Below are positions 1 to 6,394 of a stretch of 7,230 bases of DNA, piece by piece. The stretch is taken from assembly GCA_054661495.1 (NCBI GenBank), contig BAAFSQ010000412.1, positions 1-7,230 on the forward strand. Reading direction: 5' to 3'. The position numbers and the translations under genes were made by a program. The notes below the pieces were generated by a model. That model saw only the letters and a list, made by a program, of their open reading frames with translations. It had not been told where the DNA came from and made no database searches. Positions within the stretch are counted from its first letter, which is position 1. Each line of letters opens with the position of its first letter. This stretch comes from Zygophlyctis sp. KS116 (Eukaryota > Fungi > Chytridiomycota).

Positions 1-461
1 AGAGAAACATCATCCAACTCTTTTAAATTTGAAAAATGATTTAGTATTTCTAGTCTATATCCCTTAACTAGAGAACAAGGATTCCCTCTTAAATTTAAAT
101 ATTGAATTCCTTTTGGTAAAGATTTAAAGTCTGAAATTGAATTATTTTCCAATTGTAAAACTTGTAAATTCTCTGTATTTAATTCTATTTGAATCAGAGC
201 ATTATTTCCAAGAGATAAAAACTTTAAGCATCCACTAGAAATTGTAATACTTGTTAGTAAATTATACTGAAGATATAAATGTGTGATATTTCTTGGTAAA
301 TCCAAATCAAAAATCTTTAATTTCTCTCTATCCAGCCTTAAATGTGATAATTCCTGTAATTGTTTCATAATATCAACCTTTTCTATTAAATTTCTTCTAG
401 CTATAATATCCATCAGAGTCTCCTTTTTAGAGATTGGTTTTAGAACTGGTTTCCTCAACAT
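1..461 (-). CDS. SDS22-type leucine-rich-repeat protein with LRRcap, LRRC46-like (3' end outside window)
   Basis: ATG at 461-459 and an open frame to the window edge, so it is missing from the ORF track. Translation: MLRKPVLKPISKKETLMDIIARRNLIEKVDIMKQLQELSHLRLDREKLKIFDLDLPRNITHLYLQYNLLTSITISSGCLKFLSLGNNALIQIELNTENLQVLQLENNSISDFKSLPKGIQYLNLRGNPCSLVKGYRLEILNHFSNLKELDDVS. It has LxxLxLxxN repeats followed by the GNPC...YR...L..LD cap. The LRRC46 assignment is from recalled motif similarity (RNL, RLDRE), not a search. Confidence 0.85.
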   Translation of the reverse strand, partial: MLRKPVLKPISKKETLMDIIARRNLIEKVDIMKQLQELSHLRLDREKLKIFDLDLPRNITHLYLQYNLLTSITISSGCLKFLSLGNNALIQIELNTENLQVLQLENNSISDFKSLPKGIQYLNLRGNPCSLVKGYRLEILNHFSNLKELDDVS

Positions 462-492
462 AACTTTGAGGGGATTTTAGTAAATTTCCTTT

Positions 493-900
493 CTAGATAC
501 TTCTAATCCACTTTTCCTGACTTGAAAGAAATCCTTCATAATCCCAATCCTTAATTTCCAATTCATGTATAGATTTATTCCAAATATAAACCCATGCATT
601 TATACTAGAGTCTCCAATTTGAATTTCTAAAAGTTCTCTCTTATACTCTTGTCCTTCGAAAACATCTAAAATCCCTAAATGATCCACTGGTACTTTTTTA
701 AGAATTCCAGTTACAGCAGAGTCTTGTTGTTGAATAATTGCAGGATATATTCTATTCTTGACACAAACTCTCTTGTAATTATTTAAAATTCCACTATGCT
801 TTACATAGTCATCATGGGTAGAATTGACAACATTATTATAAATGTATTCAGACATTAAACTTCCATAAACAAATATATTTTCCATTTTATAATTTTCCAT
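493..900 (-). CDS. AIG2-like / gamma-glutamylcyclotransferase (GGCT/GGACT fold) protein
   Basis: Intronless 135-aa ORF with family motifs IFVYGSLM, YPAI, LDVFEGQEYKR, AWVYIW and WDYEGF. The true start may be the second ATG at 885. Confidence 0.9.
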   Translation of the reverse strand: MENYKMENIFVYGSLMSEYIYNNVVNSTHDDYVKHSGILNNYKRVCVKNRIYPAIIQQQDSAVTGILKKVPVDHLGILDVFEGQEYKRELLEIQIGDSSINAWVYIWNKSIHELEIKDWDYEGFLSSQEKWIRSI

Positions 901-970
901 AAACTCTCGGACACTCTCACTTGAACACTGGATAGAAACTCTTAAAACTATCTATACTTGAATCAGCCTC

Positions 971-1002
971 TCAGTCAGTCGGTCGGTCGGTCGGTCGGTC
1001 GG
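971..1002. repeat. Tetranucleotide microsatellite (TCAG)2(TCGG)6 in a divergent intergenic region
   Basis: Read directly: tcagtcag followed by tcgg x6 at 979-1002, between ATGs at 900 (-) and 1032 (+). Confidence 0.95.
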
Positions 1003-1031
1003 ATCATTAGATCTAAGAACATAAGCAGACC

Positions 1032-2437
1032 ATGGGCAGACCAACGACCGCCGCGCGCAGTCAAAAAATGGAAAAACGAAAACGATTTGATGATGAGCTG
1101 ATAGATTTAGAGAATCCTGGAGCTGATGATTCTTTTCTAAATGAATATCTAGAAGATGAAGAAACTAAAAAGAAATTAAAGAAATCATCACCACCAAAGA
1201 CTATAAAGATATCGTTCAAGAAATTTGCTCCTCTTCAGTCTGTTGGGCAGGAACAGGCAATCCAGGAAACAGTAACAGAACAGACAGAACAGACAGAACA
1301 AGAAGAACAAGAAGAACAGTCAAGCATGATACAAGAAGAAAAAACTAGAGAAAAACAATTAATAGAGCCACAAAAGGAAAAAATCTCGTCTTCTCTGTCA
1401 TTGATGGCAGATAAAGAAAATGAGACTAAAGAGGAAAAATTAGTAAAAGATGCAGTTTCTTTAGATAAAATACAAGAGAATATACTAGAAATTCAGGAAA
1501 ATAAGGCTTTAAAAAAGGTTGTAAATGATAAAAGACTAAATTATGTACCAAAAGAATCTAGATTCTTGGGTAATTTTTCTTATTTAATCTAAATAGGTCA
1601 TGTATTGTATACAGGAGCTCATAAATATTCTCCAGGACTTGAAACAGATGAAAATTTAGAATTATTCTTATTACCAAAATTCTCGGTTTTAGAACATTAT
1701 GCATTGTTACAAGTTCGGATTCCAGCAGAATTTTTAGTTTTAAAAGATAATTTAGCTATAAAAGCAAATGCAGTTTGGGGAACAGGAGTATATACAGATG
1801 ATTCTGATGTCGTTGCAGGTATTTTAATAAAAATTTAAAAGAATTATTAGCACTCATTCATTCAGGAAGTTGGAAACATCAAGAACTCAAGCCTAGTCAT
1901 GATTTAAATGTAACTCTAAGAATTCTACCACGTCTTGAAAAGTATCAAGGCTCATCTAGACATGGGATTTCATCACGGTCTTGGGGTTCTTTTCATGATG
2001 GAGAGTCATTTAAAATTGAAAAAGTTGAAATTGCTCCTTTGGGATCTGCTAAAAAGTTGGGTAGGAAGAAAGGATCTAGAGAATGGATAGATCAATCTAG
2101 TAGTCTCAAGGATGAACCTATTTTAGTGATGACTTTAGAACAAGGTTGGAAAAAGTAAATAATTTTAAATAATATGTCTAGATATTCTCTAAAATCTCTA
2201 AATTCATCTACATGGACTCAAAAACTAAAATCCTATAATTTAATTTTTATGGGTAATGATGATTCTACAAAATTTGAATTATCGTGGAATCCAAACGACT
2301 CAGTATTCAAATTATCAGATCAATCCACTTTTAAAACTTTTAAGGCCTTGGAATTTAATGACAAGGGAATAGTACTCGATGATGAGGAGATAAATTTATC
2401 AAGGTATGTATGGAAACATCAAAATGAAAATTTGTGA
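1032..2437 (+). CDS. RXT3: Rxt3-domain protein (Rpd3L/Sin3 histone deacetylase complex subunit-like); exons 1032-1569, 1597-1818, 1851-2154, 2182-2437; ~439 aa
   Basis: Splicing GT-AG introns of 27, 32 and 27 nt joins three track ORFs and an unlisted exon in frame. The product contains LLPKF...VRIPAEFL...VWGTGVYTDDSDVVAALIHSG...DLNVTLRILPRLEKYQGSSRHGISSRSWGSFHDGESFKIEKV, which is characteristic of the Rxt3 domain. The last exon is less certain; without it the protein stops at 2158. Confidence 0.85.
1275..1319 (+). repeat. 9-nt coding tandem repeat x5 (TEQ TEQ TEQ EEQ EEQ)
   Basis: acagaacag acagaacag acagaacaa gaagaacaa gaagaacag in the acidic low-complexity N-terminus of the Rxt3-like gene. 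Confidence 0.85.
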
Positions 2438-2451
2438 AACTTGTCTTTTAA

Positions 2452-3116
2452 ATGTCTAATCTTTTGAATGAATCTAATGTTCCCAATGCAACCATGTACT
2501 TATCTGATTTTGAAAAGACTAAACAACCTCTCCCAGATTCGATTAATGACAACCATTTAGTCGTTGAATCTAATCAGACACCTGAATCTAGTGAAAATCC
2601 CATCAATGACTCTAATCAAAATTCAATCATCAGATCATGCGGTAAGTAAATTCTCTTAAAGATTAGACAATTGCACTAGAGTCGGACAAAGATGTGATCG
2701 TAAACTCCCATGCTCAAGATGCATTTCCTTCTCAATTGAAAGTGGTTGCAGAATTCCTTCAAGAACCATTCGGAATTCTGAAACTAAAGTCGATAAACTG
2801 GAAATACTTTCAATCGTTTGTTCCATGGTCCTATTAGAAGAATCTTCTCCGCCTTTAGACCACACAAAGAATTTTGGATTTACAGCTCAAGAATTAAAGT
2901 TTTATGAATCCGCATTTCTCTAGTATTAAAGACTTTGTCTATGTTAAGCCTATTGTTGGACAAAGACTTAATAAAAGAATCCGTACAAATCCAAAAATCG
3001 ATACAATTAATTTTAAAAATGAAACCAATAGTCAACCTGAGACACTTTTAAACAATTATAATTCAATTCTAGAGCAAGCAACTCTAAAAAATGTAAATCC
3101 ATTATTTAAACATTAG
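2452..3116 (+). CDS. Small Zn(II)2Cys6 binuclear-cluster protein; exons 2452-2641, 2667-2898, 2924-3116; ~204 aa
   Basis: Removing the 25-nt intron 2642-2666 (GTAAGT...TTAG) gives RSCDNCTRVGQRCDRKLPCSRCISFSIESGC, i.e. C-x2-C-x6-C-x5-C-x2-C-x8-C. A second putative 25-nt intron 2899-2923 (GTTTTA...TTCTCTAG, weak donor) joins in frame to track ORF 2904..3116. If it is retained, the protein stops at 2923. Confidence 0.8.
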
Positions 3117-3160
3117 ATGTCACTGACGAAAACAAGACTTTATTTCAAGAAACTACTAGT

Positions 3161-3701
3161 TTAATAAAAGAAGCCCAGAATCTTTCCTCCAACTTTCTTT
3201 CTTCTAGCTTCTTCATGATCCATAATACCAGCAGAAGTGGTCAACATTAAATAACCAAACTGACGAGATGGTAACAGATTTCTAATCCAGTTTTCAATAT
3301 CTTTTTGCTTAACAGAGAATCTAGGTGAGATTACACCACACTTGTTTAATCTTCCAATGAGTTGAACCACAATTTTTCCTGAACGATGATCATCAATAAT
3401 TTCAAATTCTCCAATATATCCTAAATTGTTAGTAATATTCTATAAATGTGGGCTTGTATAAAACCAGTAAAGTTACTTTAATGATCGTAAGACAAGACAA
3501 TAATATAGGAATGATTTAAAAGGCCTGAATACCATCAGTCCCAGTTATACATTCCAAAATGTAATACATACCATGTTTTTGCATGACAGATAAAAATTTA
3601 ACAATGACTTTAGAGGATGGTCTGATGAGAACCTGTCTTTTCCCTCTCTTTTCAGCATTGACAATGCATTTCAAGCAATCAGCTAGAACAGAGACTCGCA
3701 T
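3161..3701 (-). CDS. RPS22: 40S ribosomal protein uS8 (S22/S15a); exons 3701-3572 and 3420-3161; 129 aa
   Basis: [78 protein letters not shown]...GGKILGFFY is highly conserved eukaryotic uS8. Intron 3571-3421 has a GTATGT donor, a TACTAAC branch point (3434-3428) and a TTTAG acceptor. Confidence 0.98.
3444..3557 (-). ncRNA. Intronic box H/ACA snoRNA, probable snR44 ortholog
   Basis: Hairpin 1: GGAATG (3555-3550) pairs with CATTCC (3513-3508), with upper stem GGG-a-CTGA/TCAG-g-CCT. H box ATATTA (ANANNA) at 3506-3501. Hairpin 2: CTTGT/ACAAG, ATCA/TGGT, TAAAG/CTTTA. ACA at 3449-3447 followed by TTT. Pocket sequences are complementary to recalled rRNA targets (see findings). The ends are approximate. 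Confidence 0.88.
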
Positions 3702-3872
3702 TTTTTTTAGATTTTAAACCTTGTCAAGGACGGTTGATGGCGTAGTATTGTACACACCTCGTACCTAAGAAAGCACGGCCCTACCTTGGTGTCCAATGTT
3801 CCTTCCATGCAACCTACCGTACAACCTACCCAGGCTCCAGTATAGGCTCAATGTAGGCTTGTTGAACTTTAA
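3702..3872. promoter_or_regulatory. Probable bidirectional promoter RPS22 / SEC11 with CAACCTACC direct repeat
   Basis: 171-nt gap between divergent ATGs, visibly GC-richer than its flanks. CAACCTACC at 3810-3818 and 3822-3830, CCCTACC at 3779-3785, and AGGCT x3 between 3832 and 3859. Confidence 0.55.
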
Positions 3873-4453
3873 ATGGATTTAGGATCACTACTCTCTCTTC
3901 CTCCCAGAAAATTAGCCAGACAAGTTTTAAACTTTGTCATGGTTGTAGCCTCTGCATATATGGCTTGGAAAGCATTGTCCTTGTATACAAACTGTGAATC
4001 TCCAATTGTTGTTGTTTTAAGGTACGCCTGCAAGATAATATTAGTGAATCTATGGAACCTGCGTTTGCAAGAGGGGATTTACTCTTTTTAACTCTGGATG
4101 ATACTCCTTATCAAGTGGGAGATATTCCTGTTTTTAGAATCAAGGGTCATGAAATTCCAATCGTGCATCGGCTATTGGAACTTCATATTGATAATACTAC
4201 TGGAAAACATTATATGCTAACTAAAGGGGATAATAATAGAGTAGATGATCGTGGTTTGTATAATCCTGGACAATTTTGGATTTCACAAGATGAAGTTCTT
4301 GGAAGAGTTCAAGGGTAGTTTTCTTTTATAATATTTAGACATGCTCCTTATTTAGGAATGGCTACAATTCTATTGAATGATTATCCTCAATTAAAGGTTG
4401 CTGTCTTGGCAATACTAGGATTAACAACACTCTTGTCAAAAGATGAGACTTAG
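3873..4453 (+). CDS. SEC11: Signal peptidase complex catalytic subunit Sec11 (peptidase S26B); exons 3873-4021, 4045-4314, 4339-4453; 177 aa
   Basis: The spliced product has [44 protein letters not shown] and [20 protein letters not shown]. Introns are 23 nt (4022-4044) and 24 nt (4315-4338), both GT-AG. Stop TAG at 4451-4453. Confidence 0.97.
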
Positions 4454-5210
4454 TAACAAGTGATGTCAATATACTCTAGGAATGCAGAGGTAAAACTCTT
4501 GTTTCCCCAATGAATTGGTCCTTTTGCCCATTCATTATTACCAGCATCCCAAATTGAGAATTGAATCTGAGAAGGGGTGGTAGGAAACCATCTTTCGTTT
4601 GCTCCAATCATTTTTGAGGTTGAACTAGACTTTTTCAAGACTCGGACAGGGGAATTATTGATGGACCAAATAATTTGATCAGGACTCCAATCTATAGTGT
4701 ATGTATTGAATCCAGTAGAAATAAAGGGGCCTTGGACTCGAGTCCCATGAATTGCATACTCTGGGATTCCCTTATAAAACACATTAGTCTCGGCTGTTTG
4801 AGGATAAGCGCCTAATATTTCCCAATCAATTTCATCTTTTATATCTGACATTGTAATGAATGCAGTCACACTTCCAGGCATATGTGAAGCTCTAAATTTT
4901 GCAGATATCTTTCCGTACTGTATAAATCTAGTTGTAGATATTCTAGTACCAGTCGCCACCCCCTGTGATTGTTTTATTAACAACAATTCTGCTCCATTAT
5001 TAGACATCTAATGCATTAAAATGTAGATAATACTCTAATGTTTGATGATCCATAGTCAACAGTGAAATCATACTTTGTTGGATTCACATTCTGACCAACA
5101 ACAATCCTTGATTGGTTTAGATAATACCGACCAGCCTTGCAATTTGCATTATTCAATGCAAGTACCAGAAAATTTGTACATGTCAACAAGATCAATCTTA
5201 CCGTTAGCAT
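4450..5210 (-). CDS. GH16 Crh-like chitin/glucan transglycosylase, paralog A (secreted, no tail); exons 5210-5034 and 5007-4450; 244 aa
   Basis: Signal-peptide-like MLTVRLILLTCTNFLVLA and a 26-nt intron at 5033-5008. Motifs: YGKISA, GSVTAFITMSDIKDEIDWE (catalytic EIDWE), YTIDWSPDQIIW and FPTTPSQIQFSIW. Confidence 0.92.
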
Positions 5211-6312
5211 TTTGATGAAAGTAAAATTTGAAGCTGGTTGAAACATTTCCATTCAACAATCGTTTCTAAAAGAGATTGAATATAAATTATAGTCATAAAT
5301 TGCATTAGAGAGAAATCAAGAGGATATGAATTCGATTTAGGAGAGTATTTATCTAGACCAAATTGTCTATTGATTGATCCATTGATTAAAACGCTATCTA
5401 GCTCTGATCCACTCCATAATCTATCAGAAGGGGGATAAGTGATTGAATGATATGCTGATGAATATGGCCAAGAAGAAACCGGGTTATCTTCATCGTCATA
5501 GCATTGAATATCTATATTGCTGAAAGACGCTAAATAGCGCTGATTTTCGCCCCATTGAATCGGCCCTCCTGACCATGAAGACGTTCCCAAATCCAAACTA
5601 TCTCCTCCTCCCCATATTGATATTTGAATTAATGAAGGAGTTGTAGGAAACCAATTCTCTCCAGGCGGCGTCATTGGAGAAGTTGAATTTGATTTTAAGA
5701 CTGTTCGAACAGGAATATCATTGATCAACCATGTGAGTTTTTCGTGTCTCCAATCGATTGTATATGTCTGATACTGATCATAGCTATTATTAAGAGTATG
5801 CATATCTTCATGTGTATATTCTGATATTCCTCTATAAAAGAAATTGCTATGAGCCTTAAAAGGAAACTGCCCAGTGAACTCCCTATGCGTGAGTTTTTCA
5901 AATATCATACCAATCGATTTCATCCCGAGACTGGGATAAAGTAATGAATGCAGTCACAACTCCAGGTACAGTGGGAGCTTTGATTCTTGCTGATAGCTTT
6001 CCGTAAAGTATGTAGCGAATGGTGCTCAGGCGAACTCCTAGCGACGTTTTGCCGTTCCTAATAATACTCAGCTGTACACCTTCAGGATTTAACTGTTTTC
6101 ATAAAGTGGTGCATAATTACCAAGACATTTTCTGGTGAATAATCAATGCTAACGTCATAAAGTTCTGGATTAACATGAGTTGAATTAAATGGATTGCTTA
6201 TCACTCGAGAGGGGCTAAATTTAATAATCCCAGAGACACAATTCCCAGTTATTGATGGATCAGATACTACACGACTCATTGAATATATTAATGTTGTTAA
6301 TATAAGGTTCAT
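5204..6312 (-). CDS. GH16 Crh-like transglycosylase, paralog B; exons 6312-6121, 6092-5911, 5882-5204; ~350 aa
   Basis: Two 28-nt GT-AG introns (6120-6093 and 5910-5883) restore ...ENVL|LNPEGVQLS...YGKLSARIKAPTVPGVVTAFITLSQSRDEIDW|EFTG...YTIDW...FPTTPSLIQISIWGGG...GTSSWSGGPIQW. The C-terminal end is less certain. Confidence 0.9.
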
Positions 6313-6394
6313 CTCGTTAATGCGGAAATGGAAAACGTCCGAAACTTCTCATTATCTGCAAAGTGTATCAAAAAGATTTACGTACTTAATGTCT

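Noticed and set aside
283-480. Track ORF 65 aa (+)
   Set aside because: Antisense shadow of the LRR gene; GTG start and no motifs.
971-1319. Repeats as CRISPR array, telomere or mobile-element ends
   Set aside because: Simple 4-nt and 9-nt tandem repeats with no spacers, terminal inverted repeats or nearby transposase/cas genes; the context is eukaryotic.
2656-2865. Track ORF 69 aa (-)
   Set aside because: Antisense to exon 2 of the Zn2Cys6 gene; non-ATG start.
3516-3571. C-terminal [17 protein letters not shown] of ORF 3516..3701
   Set aside because: Read-through into the RPS22 intron/snoRNA, not coding.
4022-4091. Apparent frameshift or overlap between ORFs 3873..4091 and 4052..4318 (pseudogene or programmed frameshift)
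   Set aside because: Fully explained by a 23-nt GT-AG intron restoring VLSESMEP.
5211-5252. Upstream start MEMFQPASNFTFIK for GH16-A
   Set aside because: The ATG at 5210 directly precedes a signal-peptide-like stretch, while the upstream ATGs lie deeper in paralog B's ORF. Not fully excluded.
5883-5923. GH16-B apparently lacking the catalytic motif (track ORF begins MKSIGMIF)
   Set aside because: The motif DEIDWE is intact once intron 5883-5910 is removed.
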